In this document: positions 18,999-29,865 of the stretch, piece after piece
How the letters are laid out: the number at the start of each line of letters is the position of its first letter
Numbering within the stretch: the first letter of the stretch is position 1
Origin: a virus
Lineage: Duplodnaviria; Caudoviricetes
Length of the DNA: 64,000 nucleotides
Reading direction: 5' to 3' (one strand)
Virus record (IMG/VR): IMGVR_UViG_2924263452_000001
Location: 32,001 to 96,000 of that record
Made by a program: the position numbers and the translations under genes
The notes under the pieces: model-generated
Seen by the model: the letters and a program-made list of their open reading frames with translations, nothing else
Told to the model about the DNA's origin: nothing
Databases searched by the model: none

Positions 18999-20993
18999 TT
19001 ATCCTTTATTTCGTTTATCTAATAGTTTTAAAAATTCTTCCTCTGTAATAATAGGTACATCATTTTTCTTTGCATCTTTATTTTTACTGGAAGAACTTTC
19101 TACATCATTATTTATAAGATATGATGTTTTCTTTGAAACACTTCCTGCTACTTTGCCACCCAAAGACTCAATTTTCTTCTGAATCTCTTTTCTACTTGCA
19201 AAAATGTGAACATTTCCAGTGATGGCAAAAATCATATCTTTAAAAATTTGTGGTTCGTCTGATACCTGTTGCACCTGAAATTTCATAAGAGATACAAGTT
19301 CTTTATATATGTCATTGGCAAAGAACACTTCTTTGAAATACTTGTGAATACTCTTATTAATCTCAACGCCAAACGTTTCAAGCTGTGTAAAATCAAATCC
19401 GGAAATAACTGCTGCCTCAAATTTGTTCCAATCGCCGTTAAACTCTCTGCTGATTATTTTTGCCTTGCTGAGTGCCACATTCGGAATGCCTAATGCAGCA
19501 ATGAAATTTTCCAGCTTTACATTTTTACTTTTTTCAATGGACGAAAGGAGTTTGTCGAATGATTTTTCGCCCATTCCTTCAAATTCCACAATCTCAACCC
19601 TATGCAAATCCAGATTGTAAATGTCAAGTGGATTACTGATAATCCCGGCATCAACCAATTTCTCAATCTTTTTGTCTGAAAGCCCATCAATATTCATGCC
19701 ATCTTTTGAAGCAAAATATGATAACCCTCTGATGCTCTGAGCCGGGCAATTTGGATTTTTGCAATAGATGTTTATTGTTTCTCCATCCCCTGCAAATGTA
19801 GTTATTCCACCACACACCGGACAAGCTCTCGGAATCTCAAATTCATAAGATGTGCCGCCTGTACACTTGATAATCTGAGGGATAATTTCGTTTGATTTAA
19901 CCACTGTAACTGTTGCATACGGTCTGATTTTTAATTTCTGCATAGTGTTAATATTATGCAATGATGCTTTTGAGACTGTAGTGTTATCCAATATGACTGG
20001 TTTAAAGACTGCCACTGGCGTTATCTTTCCGGTTCTACCAACTTGCCACTCGATATTGGTTATCGTGGTTTCTTCCTCTTCTTCTTTGAATTTCAATGCT
20101 AATCCATTGCGATAATGATGCCCTGTCTTTCCAAGACTTTTTCCATAAGCAATGTCATCGTACATAATAACGACTCCATCAATCGGAGTTTTTGTTTCCT
20201 CTGCAATATCAACCAGCTCATTCACAAAATTGTTAAATACCACAAAATCATGTTGCGCCACATCGTATTCAAAGAAGGTGCAAATATCAAATCCAAGATT
20301 GTTTACTGCATACAATCTGCCAGAAAGTGAATTGATTTCATCAAATCCCTCCAACACATTAAATGCATAAAAGCACACTTTTCTCTTTGAGCATATTTCA
20401 GAATTTAACTGCTGTACTGATCCACCAGCAAGATTTCGTGGTGTTTTGTATCTATCTTCTTCCGGTAGTTTTTCATTTATCTTTTCAAAATCGTCTCTGT
20501 GAATAATTCCTTCACCCGTAACCTTCAGATGACCTTTATACGGGATTTTCTGTGGAATATTCATAAAGGTTCTGGCATTATCCGTAATAAGACTTCCCTC
20601 TTCGCCATTTCCTCTTGTACTAGCAGAAACAAGTTCCCCATTTTTATAAATCAGGCAAATAGTAAGACCGTCCAATTTATGCATTAAAAGAGCTTTTCTA
20701 CCTTTTGCAAAATTCGCTGCAACCGTTCTATCTTTCGTCTTGTCAAGGCTCAACAACGGATAACTATGCTTAAATTTAGGTAACTCTGAATTGACAACAT
20801 ATCCAACTGTGTAATTTGGACTGTTGGCACAGTGAAAATCTGCTTTATCTTCAAGATTTTTTAATTCATCCATCATAGAATCATATGTAGAATCATCTAC
20901 CGACGGTCGAGATTCGTTATAATACTCATCACGATATTTATTCAGAATTTTAGTAAGATGTTTAATTCTTGTAATCTGGTCATTAGTATCCAT
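18999..20993 (-). CDS. ligA: NAD-dependent DNA ligase
   Basis: KLDGL, STRGNG, PRNLAGG, QVGRTG, Zn finger, HhH, BRCT. Confidence 0.95.
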   Translation of the reverse strand: MDTNDQITRIKHLTKILNKYRDEYYNESRPSVDDSTYDSMMDELKNLEDKADFHCANSPNYTVGYVVNSELPKFKHSYPLLSLDKTKDRTVAANFAKGRKALLMHKLDGLTICLIYKNGELVSASTRGNGEEGSLITDNARTFMNIPQKIPYKGHLKVTGEGIIHRDDFEKINEKLPEEDRYKTPRNLAGGSVQQLNSEICSKRKVCFYAFNVLEGFDEINSLSGRLYAVNNLGFDICTFFEYDVAQHDFVVFNNFVNELVDIAEETKTPIDGVVIMYDDIAYGKSLGKTGHHYRNGLALKFKEEEEETTITNIEWQVGRTGKITPVAVFKPVILDNTTVSKASLHNINTMQKLKIRPYATVTVVKSNEIIPQIIKCTGGTSYEFEIPRACPVCGGITTFAGDGETINIYCKNPNCPAQSIRGLSYFASKDGMNIDGLSDKKIEKLVDAGIISNPLDIYNLDLHRVEIVEFEGMGEKSFDKLLSSIEKSKNVKLENFIAALGIPNVALSKAKIISREFNGDWNKFEAAVISGFDFTQLETFGVEINKSIHKYFKEVFFANDIYKELVSLMKFQVQQVSDEPQIFKDMIFAITGNVHIFASRKEIQKKIESLGGKVAGSVSKKTSYLINNDVESSSSKNKDAKKNDVPIITEEEFLKLLDKRNKG

Positions 20994-21027
20994 TACTGTT
21001 TTATCCTTTCATTTATTTCGTACAACA

Positions 21028-21051
21028 ATAGGGGGAATCAAATCCCCCTAT
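21028..21051 (-). terminator. Hairpin between the ERCC4 nuclease gene and ligA
   Basis: Inverted repeat ATAGGGG...CCCCTAT. Confidence 0.45.
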
Positions 21052-21055
21052 CTGT

Positions 21056-21592
21056 TTATTTAATCAGATTTCGGAGATAATACTGCATAACACCATAAAT
21101 AAAAATTGGACTGTATGCGTTATCTGGCATAAACACAATTTCAAGATTGTACTTATGATTGAAGCTGTGAATACTTCCAAGATAACTTTTCTTATTGTAC
21201 TGTGTGTTATATCTACCGTTTACAATATCTTCATAATTGGCATTTTCTATAAGCAAATATTTTTTGTGAGCTTTAGCAACTGCCAGTTCTTCTTCAAAAT
21301 CTGCACGTTTCGTAGAAAGATTTCCGGACAATTCTTCTAAACTTGCCTTTCTCTCTACAAAAATATCGTCGTGGAAATAAGTATCACGGAATATCCCTAA
21401 TTTCTCGTTTTGTGGTACGAAAAAACTATAATCTCCGTTCTTTAATGCTTTTTTCTTGTATGGTATGTCATGTTTATCAAAGTAACCTGTAATATGATCG
21501 TTTACCTTTTCCCTTGTATCTACCAATATAACAATAGAATCCAGCAATTCTTTTTCCTCGGAATCTGTGTATTTATATTTTCCAAATAACAT
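21056..21592 (-). CDS. ERCC4-domain nuclease
   Basis: DTRE, GDY, VERKAS motifs. Confidence 0.85.
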   Translation of the reverse strand: MLFGKYKYTDSEEKELLDSIVILVDTREKVNDHITGYFDKHDIPYKKKALKNGDYSFFVPQNEKLGIFRDTYFHDDIFVERKASLEELSGNLSTKRADFEEELAVAKAHKKYLLIENANYEDIVNGRYNTQYNKKSYLGSIHSFNHKYNLEIVFMPDNAYSPIFIYGVMQYYLRNLIK

Positions 21593-24500
21593 TATTTTCT
21601 TCCTATAACTTCATATTTGGTAAGCCACCAGTCAAACTCGTTTTCTACTGGAACAAATTTTCCTTCTGATGACATTTTCACCCTTGCTTTTTTCTTCTGG
21701 TCGTTTACTCTAACTACATCTCCTACTTGAAGTGGATTCTTATTAAAATCCTTTTTCGAAATTTTTACCGTTATGGTATTTCCATTGGCAAGTGCATAAA
21801 CCTTCAGTTTTGGTGTATATTTTGTTTCAACGTCCATTACAACAACATATCCTTTGTAATCTTGACTTACAATGTCAACATATCCCAAATCGTTGATCTG
21901 ATATCCTACCTTATCTACGAAAGTTGTCTTTTCATATGGCATTACTGCAACAAAATCGTGCAATAATCCATTCATATCAACTTTTGTAAATGTCTTTTCA
22001 CTTTCTTTTTCAGCGTTTTTTCTTACCAATTCAAGTGGAATACCAAGCTTTTCAGCTTTTTCTTTTTTCATCTGCTTTTTGCCAAAAAGTTCATTGAAAA
22101 AATCATACTGTTTTAATAAACATTTAGCTTCGCCAAACTCTCCAAAAAATCCAAGTTCTATCAAAATCTTCATTTGCTTTGAGTTTACCGGAAGCTTTTT
22201 TTCTTCTATAACAGCCAACAGATGAATAAAATCTTTAAACTGCATATCTTTAATTGACTGAAACGCATCCGCAACTTTGCTATTCAAATATTTAATAGAG
22301 GCAATTCCTTTATAAATTACATTTTTTTCTTTATCAAAAGTATAGTTACTTGTAGAGTGTCGAAATTTAATTCCTTCAACTTTTATTCCTTTTTTTCTGG
22401 TATAGTTTGTAATATTTAAGGTTTTTTCTTCTTTTCCCTCAAAAATATTTAACGCAGCAGTTAAAAATTCCAATGGATAATAGTGCCTTAAATATCCACA
22501 TATATATCCAATACAAGAGTACGCGTCTGAATGATTCCAGGAAAATGCGTATCTTGTTGCATCTAAAATACCCTGTTTAATAGGTGGGAATATTTCTTCT
22601 AATACTTCTACTGATGTCCCATATGTTTCATTGGAATAGCTTATAAACCTATCGTGAATTTCATCAATGAATTTCTCAGTGCCATATTTCTTTGCAATTC
22701 CACGTCGGACTGTATCTGATTCTGCATCAGAATATCCACAAAATTTTACTAGGAATCTCATGATATCTTCCTGCATGGTTATTCGTCCGGAAGTAACCGA
22801 AAGGAATTTATCCAATTCATTAAATCCCGTAATCATAATATTTCCGTCTGCAACATCATCACGGAAACTTGCACATCCAGGACGTAAAAGACCATTTCCA
22901 AACGAAAACCACTTGATATATGAGAAATCTTTGTTATGCGCTTTGGCAATAGCAATTGTTTCGTCTGACATAAATCTTTTCAAATAAGATTGTGCGGATG
23001 TGCTCTCCCACTGGAATATAAGTGTTGTGTCGTCTCGTATGTCTTTCCAAACTTCTTCATCATCCAGATCAACATTGTCAGGAGTCATTCTCTCAATTCC
23101 TGCAAGTTTGCATGTTTCGTTAATAACACCAATGTTGTCCAAACCAAGGATATCTAGTTTAACGTACATCAGTGCATCAAGTTCTTTCATATTAAGCATT
23201 GACACTGGATAATCAGAAGTTGCAAGGCTACACATTCCAACTTCTTCTTCAATATCCAAATCACTTACCAATACACCGGATGGATGAGATCCAATAGAAA
23301 CTATTGTTCCATTTACAATATCAACATATTTGAATAATTCTGGATATCTCTTTCTGAAAGCATCATCAATAACCCATTTGTTATTTTCGTCAAGATATAC
23401 AGCTTCAGAGATTGCAGATGTTTCAACAATAGACATTCTCAAAGCTCGTCCCACATCTTTTATCGCGCCTTTTAATGCAATAGTATTAAATGTAATAATC
23501 TCACTTGCTCTTATGTTCGGAAGATCCATATGATCCCTAAGAATGAATTGTTTAATAATATCTCTGTCTTTTGAGGAATAATCTGTATCTATATCGGCAT
23601 TTGTTACTCGACTTGGATTCATAAATCGGAAGAAGTTTAACCCAAATTTCTTACTATCCATCTGAGTAATACCAAGAATATACGCTACTTCACTTCCTGA
23701 AACAGATCCTCTTCCATATCCACAAAAAATACCATGTTTTCTTTCCCATTCTCTAAGATATGTTTGTAAAAGCATAAAATCTATTGACTTTGTTGTATCA
23801 TATACGCTTACTTCTTCTCTTATGGTGGGATTTATTTCTTCTGGCTTATACCTTTTTCTTACATACGGATGATGTTTATACGCTTCATTTATTTTGTTTT
23901 TGTATGTTTCTAAAGGATGGTCATAGATTTTTGGATATTTGGTATTCTTATCAAGTGTAAACTCTTCAATTCTATCTGCCATGCGGCAAGTCTCAGCAAT
24001 CGCTTCTCGCCAAACCTCTTCTGGTAAAGAATTTTGTATTTCATAGGCTTTACACAATTCAAGATAAGATTTGAATGTCAAATCCCAGGCATCTTCCTCT
24101 GCAAAATGTACGCCCTTGCTCAACTGAAGAATTTTACGTCCTGCCATATGTGACTCATTAAGTGCGTGTGTATCAGTCCCGGCAATTAACGGAATCTTAT
24201 ATTTTTTGCTAAGTTCATATAACTTCCTGTTGTATTGTATCTGATCTTCTACGTTATGGTGCTGAATTTCAAGATAACATCTATCCCTATTTTCTATGAA
24301 AAATTTTAGAAATCTATTTTTTACTTCGTCAGTTCCTTTATTTAGCGCACCTCCAAGACAAGCAGAGGTAATAATAATGTTGTCGGAAGTATTGAATAGA
24401 TCGTCCATGTAAATTCGTGGTGCATAGTAAAAATGACTATCATTTCTGCAAAAAGATTGTGATGTTAATTTATTTATTTCACGAACACCATCGAGATTTT

Positions 24501-24981
24501 TAGCAATTAAAACACAGTGATAATTGTCTCTGGTTTTAATAACTTTTTCTTCTTTAATGGTTATTGTTTCAGGATCAATTAAAACTTCTTTCCCGTCAAC
24601 ACTTTCTGCAATATATGCCCCATCTTCACGCTTCCAGTATTTTTCAAAAGTAATTTTTACTTCTTTTTTTGTTTTAACAGATGAGAGCAAATCGACTGCG
24701 GTATATGTTGTTTTTGTCTTTCTATTGGTTGTATTATTATCTTCTGTGATATATGCTTCTATTGCATGTATATATTTCATTCCGGCAGCTTCAATAGCTT
24801 CTTTTTTGTGATACCATTCAAATACTGATCCATGTTCACTAAATGCCATTGCTTTCATGCCAAATTCTTTTGCTTTTTCAATATACTCTTTGAACTTGGT
24901 AACGCTATCTACATTTGTGACACCATTTGAAAGGTCACTATGAAGATGATATACAACATAATTCAAATCAATTTGTGACAA
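21592..24981 (-). CDS. dnaE: DNA polymerase III alpha subunit (phage C-family)
   Basis: PHP domain HLHS, GRGS, DIDTD, KLDILGL. Confidence 0.95.
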   Translation of the reverse strand: MSQIDLNYVVYHLHSDLSNGVTNVDSVTKFKEYIEKAKEFGMKAMAFSEHGSVFEWYHKKEAIEAAGMKYIHAIEAYITEDNNTTNRKTKTTYTAVDLLSSVKTKKEVKITFEKYWKREDGAYIAESVDGKEVLIDPETITIKEEKVIKTRDNYHCVLIAKNLDGVREINKLTSQSFCRNDSHFYYAPRIYMDDLFNTSDNIIITSACLGGALNKGTDEVKNRFLKFFIENRDRCYLEIQHHNVEDQIQYNRKLYELSKKYKIPLIAGTDTHALNESHMAGRKILQLSKGVHFAEEDAWDLTFKSYLELCKAYEIQNSLPEEVWREAIAETCRMADRIEEFTLDKNTKYPKIYDHPLETYKNKINEAYKHHPYVRKRYKPEEINPTIREEVSVYDTTKSIDFMLLQTYLREWERKHGIFCGYGRGSVSGSEVAYILGITQMDSKKFGLNFFRFMNPSRVTNADIDTDYSSKDRDIIKQFILRDHMDLPNIRASEIITFNTIALKGAIKDVGRALRMSIVETSAISEAVYLDENNKWVIDDAFRKRYPELFKYVDIVNGTIVSIGSHPSGVLVSDLDIEEEVGMCSLATSDYPVSMLNMKELDALMYVKLDILGLDNIGVINETCKLAGIERMTPDNVDLDDEEVWKDIRDDTTLIFQWESTSAQSYLKRFMSDETIAIAKAHNKDFSYIKWFSFGNGLLRPGCASFRDDVADGNIMITGFNELDKFLSVTSGRITMQEDIMRFLVKFCGYSDAESDTVRRGIAKKYGTEKFIDEIHDRFISYSNETYGTSVEVLEEIFPPIKQGILDATRYAFSWNHSDAYSCIGYICGYLRHYYPLEFLTAALNIFEGKEEKTLNITNYTRKKGIKVEGIKFRHSTSNYTFDKEKNVIYKGIASIKYLNSKVADAFQSIKDMQFKDFIHLLAVIEEKKLPVNSKQMKILIELGFFGEFGEAKCLLKQYDFFNELFGKKQMKKEKAEKLGIPLELVRKNAEKESEKTFTKVDMNGLLHDFVAVMPYEKTTFVDKVGYQINDLGYVDIVSQDYKGYVVVMDVETKYTPKLKVYALANGNTITVKISKKDFNKNPLQVGDVVRVNDQKKKARVKMSSEGKFVPVENEFDWWLTKYEVIGRK

Positions 24982-24992
24982 ATCAGCACCTC

Positions 24993-25781
24993 CTAATAGT
25001 TCTTATATTCACAATAGGAGTTTCTATATCTGCAGAGATTGTGACAGTAGTAAAAATCTACGTTTGGATTAAAATTCTCTTCTTCGTTTATTTCTGCTAT
25101 CGTACTTAAAGCCCAGTTCTGTGCTTCGTCATAATCTTCCTTATCAAAGTCAAGAAACAACCATTTCCTATTCTTAAAGTAATTCCATCCAACCTTTTCC
25201 GGGTAAACTCCGTATTCGTTGTATACTTGAATTGCATATAAATATAGCTGCCGCTTATATGATTTGAATTTCTTTTCTTCTGACTTTAAAACCTGTCCTC
25301 TTTTGCCTAGCGGATATTCTGAAGATTTATGATCTAGTATTATAATTCCGCCTGTCTTTTTATCTCTGAGAAGTAAATCTATGTAACCGACAAATGGTTT
25401 ACCACCAACCGTAAAATTACATTTCTTTTCAATTCCCAGGATTTCATATTTTTCAAGATCAAGATCAATGTTTTCAAAATACTCAACCGCTTTATCTCTA
25501 TAATTCTTCCGGATATCTGCAGTCTTGTGATATACCATTGATGGAACTTCTTCATCATAATGAGCGTCAAAATAATCAGCCAGCTCAAAAAGACTAAGTT
25601 CACCTTTGGCATATTTCTCTAATATGGTGTGGCAAAACTTTCCAAATTCTGCATAAAAATTATTTTGTCCTACTGCCGATTCGATATATTGCAAGTACCA
25701 TTCATACTTACATTGACAAAATGAATTTATGCGGCTAAAAGACCACTCCATAGAATCTATCAGAAATGAATACTCTGACAT
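24993..25781 (-). CDS. PD-(D/E)XK exonuclease (AddB/Cas4-like)
   Basis: SFSRI..C, GYIDLL, LDHKS, QLYLYA, C-terminal Cys cluster. Confidence 0.85.
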   Translation of the reverse strand: MSEYSFLIDSMEWSFSRINSFCQCKYEWYLQYIESAVGQNNFYAEFGKFCHTILEKYAKGELSLFELADYFDAHYDEEVPSMVYHKTADIRKNYRDKAVEYFENIDLDLEKYEILGIEKKCNFTVGGKPFVGYIDLLLRDKKTGGIIILDHKSSEYPLGKRGQVLKSEEKKFKSYKRQLYLYAIQVYNEYGVYPEKVGWNYFKNRKWLFLDFDKEDYDEAQNWALSTIAEINEEENFNPNVDFYYCHNLCRYRNSYCEYKNY

Positions 25782-25791
25782 TTTTCACCTC

Positions 25792-26796
25792 TTAAATTTT
25801 AATTCTCTGTTTATAAAGTTCTTCCCAGATTTCTTTTCCTTTGTCTACCGGACTATTTTTTTCAGTTTTACCACCTAATAATCCATTGCTGTCATATACA
25901 ACATATACATTTGTAAAGTGGCAGAGAAGTTGTATAGTATCTTTCTTTTTAATTTCTTCAAGCGAAACATCGCTATCGAATGCAATAACAACATCACAAT
26001 GAAGCTGCACTAACTCTCTGACCTGAAAAATATTAATCTGGCTTGTCTCAGAAGATATTGAATTATAGATACCGAAACTATCCAATTTCATAACTGACTT
26101 CAGTGATTCAAATATAATTACTTCTTTACTTCTATCAAGAATCTTTTTTTTGAAACAGAATGCTTGGAAGTAATCTAAATCTCCAACAGGATAATAATTC
26201 ATATATTTCGGTATATTATAATCTTTATAATTATCAAAAAGAGTTCTGCCCTTCACATTGATTAAATTCCCGGAATTATCAAATACTGGATATACAATTC
26301 TGTTTGATTCTTTATCATACATTACCATGTAATAATCCATTATTGATTGCGGTATTCCTTCTTCGATCCATTTTGTTATTTTTCGTCGCTCGAAATCAGA
26401 CAGAACACTTTTATCAAGTATCTTATGTGGCTCTGGGATTTGTTTATTTTTTCTTTTTCTGGTTGATTTTCTCAGATAGCGCACAGTGGGAGAAATTTTT
26501 GTTTTTACAGTGCTTATTCCAGCTTCACTACCAAGATAATTAATAGCCTGCTCATAAGTCATATTTAAGTAGTCTTGGCAAAAATCAATAATATCTCCAC
26601 CCTTTTTGCAACCAAAGCAATAGTAGACACCTTTATGCGGCGTTACTGAAAATGATCCCGTTCTTTCATCATGAAACGGACAATTTCCAAAATATTCTCT
26701 ACCTTTCTTTTTAAGTTCAACGTATTCTCCGATGAAATCAACTATATCTATACTTTCTTTGATTTTCTCAATAAGTTCTTCGCTGTACTCTTCCAT
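25792..26796 (-). CDS. dnaG: DNA primase (CHC2 zinc finger + TOPRIM)
   Basis: CPFHDERTGSF...CFGC; AFDSD. Confidence 0.85.
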   Translation of the reverse strand: MEEYSEELIEKIKESIDIVDFIGEYVELKKKGREYFGNCPFHDERTGSFSVTPHKGVYYCFGCKKGGDIIDFCQDYLNMTYEQAINYLGSEAGISTVKTKISPTVRYLRKSTRKRKNKQIPEPHKILDKSVLSDFERRKITKWIEEGIPQSIMDYYMVMYDKESNRIVYPVFDNSGNLINVKGRTLFDNYKDYNIPKYMNYYPVGDLDYFQAFCFKKKILDRSKEVIIFESLKSVMKLDSFGIYNSISSETSQINIFQVRELVQLHCDVVIAFDSDVSLEEIKKKDTIQLLCHFTNVYVVYDSNGLLGGKTEKNSPVDKGKEIWEELYKQRIKI

Positions 26797-26807
26797 TTAG
26801 TTCACCT

Positions 26808-28151
26808 TTAAAATGGTTTCTCTTGCTCCGTATGCTGTTTCGCCTCTTCAATTCGCATGACTGATCCAGAAAATTTGAAATCAATATATTCGTCCTCAAA
26901 CATTCCCTCTCCCAATCTGTTTAGTTTTACATTAAGTGCATAATTTCCGCATTCTTTTCCATCGTTTGCAATTTCATCAGAAGTCTTTTTCCTCCACTTT
27001 GCACTTACACTCGCATATCTCTCCAACTTGTCTGAATCTGCAACTTCATCATTTCTATTAAGCTGCGCTCCAGCCAACACAGGAAGATCAAGTTCACCAG
27101 CAATTCTATTTTTCATAAAATCACATTTTGCTCCCAAATCATTGTATTGTGCTGAAGAATCTGATTCGGAACTTTTAAAATAATCATAAATTACAAATTG
27201 GAGATTCATACTATACTTTAAAGATTTGCAGATTAGATAGAGTTCTTCATTTGTAGAATTTGGAATAAAGATATGTACAAACGGTTTACCGGAAAGCCAA
27301 TCATTTGTTTCATCAATTATTTTTTCTTCCTCTGGTAACAAATTACCTTTTTTTATTTTATCCTGTGGTATACCAGTAAGATTTGCCATCATCCTGATAT
27401 AAAATAGTCTGTCGCTCATTTCCGTATCGAAGTATACAGTAGGAATATCTTTCTGTATTTTATCCATTGCCTCATTAAGCATATAGGAACTTTTTCCCAT
27501 CTTCATTCGTCCAGAAATCATCACCAGTTCACCACGTTCGTAGCAGAAATATTGTCCTACTTTATTGAATTTTGATGGAATACCGATAATACCATTTTCG
27601 TCACGCCTATCTTTAATCTCCTGATATATGTCTTTTGCTTTATCACCAAATCTCAACACATTTCTGTTGAATATATATTTGCTTGTTAATTTTTCAAGTT
27701 CTGTGTATACATCATTACTTAATTCATTCAATTCCATTGGAGTCTGAATTATCTTTTTCTTCATTCTATCAAACAGTTTGATAAGATCTCTTTTAAAAGA
27801 TAATGTAACAACTTGAGCAACAAGCAAGTTATATTCTTCTATGGTCGTTCTGGCAGCATCTTCACACATATCAAAGAAATCATCCATGTCTGGCATGTTG
27901 ACACTATCAATTTTCTTTTTTACTGCCGCATTCGATTGTAGCTTATTTGTAATATTAAAAGTATCAATAACTTTTACACCGGACTTAAATAATTCATCTA
28001 TAGCCCAGTATATGCAGCCATTTTCTTTGTGGTAAAAATATCCGGGCTTCAAGTAATCGCTCTGAAGTATAAATTCCGGGTGATGAACTAATGTCGCAAT
28101 CACACCAGCTTCCGCTTGGGTATCACATAATACATTTAATTCATCTGACAT
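26808..28151 (-). CDS. dnaB: Replicative DNA helicase
   Basis: GRMKMGKS, DTEM, IYDY, AQLNR. Confidence 0.9.
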   Translation of the reverse strand: MSDELNVLCDTQAEAGVIATLVHHPEFILQSDYLKPGYFYHKENGCIYWAIDELFKSGVKVIDTFNITNKLQSNAAVKKKIDSVNMPDMDDFFDMCEDAARTTIEEYNLLVAQVVTLSFKRDLIKLFDRMKKKIIQTPMELNELSNDVYTELEKLTSKYIFNRNVLRFGDKAKDIYQEIKDRRDENGIIGIPSKFNKVGQYFCYERGELVMISGRMKMGKSSYMLNEAMDKIQKDIPTVYFDTEMSDRLFYIRMMANLTGIPQDKIKKGNLLPEEEKIIDETNDWLSGKPFVHIFIPNSTNEELYLICKSLKYSMNLQFVIYDYFKSSESDSSAQYNDLGAKCDFMKNRIAGELDLPVLAGAQLNRNDEVADSDKLERYASVSAKWRKKTSDEIANDGKECGNYALNVKLNRLGEGMFEDEYIDFKFSGSVMRIEEAKQHTEQEKPF

Positions 28152-28702
28152 TATTTTCCTCCTTTTAAGATGCTACCAAATCCAATTGTATTTCCTTTTT
28201 GAGTGGTAGATTTAACTTGCACACTTACTGGCACACTTACTGGAGCAGAAGCAGTATTCTCTTCGTGTTTCATTTCTTCTTTTATTTCTTTTTGTATTCT
28301 CAATTCATTCTCTTTTTGATATGCTTTTTTAATTCTTGCGTTATCAATCAGATAATACATTCCTGGTGGATGTGTTAATGGAATTTTATTCGCAATAGCA
28401 AATTTAAGACAAAAACTTAAATATCTTCCGGCATTAAGATTTGATTCCCACTTTTCAATATTTGCATTTTCCAATTTTTCCCCAAATACAATTTCATTAA
28501 TAACTTTTCTTAAATATGCGATAGGGACAGATTTGCTAACATGTTGTATATAATCTTCTTCAATTTCTGCAATTAGTCCTTGAAGTTCATAGCAATCTTT
28601 ATGCCATCTTCTAGTATTAATTTTTACAGACTCAGGCTCATAGACAATTTTGTTTTTGTGGGCGCAATGTCCATAACCACATTTGAATTGTTTTGTACCC
28701 AT
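28151..28702 (-). CDS. Hypothetical replication-module protein
   Basis: Cys/His-rich N-terminus, adjacent to the helicase. Confidence 0.55.
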   Translation of the reverse strand: MGTKQFKCGYGHCAHKNKIVYEPESVKINTRRWHKDCYELQGLIAEIEEDYIQHVSKSVPIAYLRKVINEIVFGEKLENANIEKWESNLNAGRYLSFCLKFAIANKIPLTHPPGMYYLIDNARIKKAYQKENELRIQKEIKEEMKHEENTASAPVSVPVSVQVKSTTQKGNTIGFGSILKGGK

Positions 28703-28759
28703 TGATTATTCCTCTTTCTATATAATAAAAAGGGAGAACATAAGCTCTCCCAAATTTCA

Positions 28760-29401
28760 TTAATCAGACTTCATATCTTTTTCAAGAAGATATGTTGCTT
28801 CCAAATCAGATTGATGTAGAGCCAATATTACCGGATATTTTTCAATTGCTGTTCCAAGAGTATTCCAGTTTTCCTTTGGCTCTGAAAAACCCATATGCCA
28901 TCTAATAGCATATCTCTCAAAAGGTTGCAATTTAATATACTCTTCGATCATCATGACCGATTTTTCTCCGTGTCCATAAGGAACACGATCATTTATTGTG
29001 TAATATTCGACTGCCGCCCAATCGAATCTTCCTTTTTCATCTCTCTTTGATCCAGTATCATTGTAGATTTTCTTATTCCTATAATCAATCTCATACATAT
29101 ATGTCTTACATACATCATGCAAAAGAGTAATTATTTTTCTGGAATCTTCCGGCATATCACCTAAAATGCCTTTAAATGGTTCTGACTTGCATTTATGCTC
29201 GAACATATGATATACATTTAAGCTATGTAATGCTAATCCACCAGGGAGTGAGCAATGGAATCTTGTGGAGGCTGGGGCTGTGAAAAAATCAGATTTTTCT
29301 AAAAATACCACAAGCTCCTTAATTCCATCTCTTTCAATTGAGCCAACCAGATCAAGAAAAAGTTTCTTATTTTCTTTAATATTTATTGTTGGTGCGTTCA
29401 T
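28760..29401 (-). CDS. HD-domain phosphohydrolase
   Basis: APASTRFH, HSLNV, LLHDVCK, GHGEKS, RWHMG. Confidence 0.85.
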   Translation of the reverse strand: MNAPTINIKENKKLFLDLVGSIERDGIKELVVFLEKSDFFTAPASTRFHCSLPGGLALHSLNVYHMFEHKCKSEPFKGILGDMPEDSRKIITLLHDVCKTYMYEIDYRNKKIYNDTGSKRDEKGRFDWAAVEYYTINDRVPYGHGEKSVMMIEEYIKLQPFERYAIRWHMGFSEPKENWNTLGTAIEKYPVILALHQSDLEATYLLEKDMKSD

Positions 29402-29409
29402 ATTTTCTC

Positions 29410-29841
29410 CTAGTTAAATGGCAGCTCGTCATCTACTCCGTCCGGAATATTCATAAATCCGTCTTTTGATGGTACTGATTTAGCTGGTTTTGCTGTATTT
29501 CCCGCTGCTGGCGCATCGCCTTTTTTCTCACAAAATTCCTGTGTAGCAACAACAACGTCTGTTGTATATACTTTCTTTCCGTCTTTTCCATCGTAATTTC
29601 CTGTCTGGATTCTTCCAGTAACAGCAAACATCATACCCTGTTTCATGTATTTCTCTGCAAACTCAGCAGATTTTCCGAAAGCTACACATGAAATGAAATC
29701 TGCATCCTGCCCGCCATTATTGCTTTTAAATGGACGTGATACTGCAAGTGTATATCTCGCAACACCAGTAGGATTTTCTCCCTGGCTATAACGTACTTCC
29801 GGATCTCTCACTAATCTTCCTGTTAAACTAACGTTATTCAT
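29410..29841 (-). CDS. ssb: Single-stranded DNA-binding protein
   Basis: GRLVRDPE N-terminus and acidic DDELPF tail. Confidence 0.95.
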   Translation of the reverse strand: MNNVSLTGRLVRDPEVRYSQGENPTGVARYTLAVSRPFKSNNGGQDADFISCVAFGKSAEFAEKYMKQGMMFAVTGRIQTGNYDGKDGKKVYTTDVVVATQEFCEKKGDAPAAGNTAKPAKSVPSKDGFMNIPDGVDDELPFN

Positions 29842-29865
29842 TATTTCTTTCTCCTTATAAGATAA

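Noticed and set aside
24993-25781. Cas4 belonging to the CRISPR system
   Set aside because: It sits in the replication module far from the cas locus and looks like a typical phage PD-(D/E)XK exonuclease.
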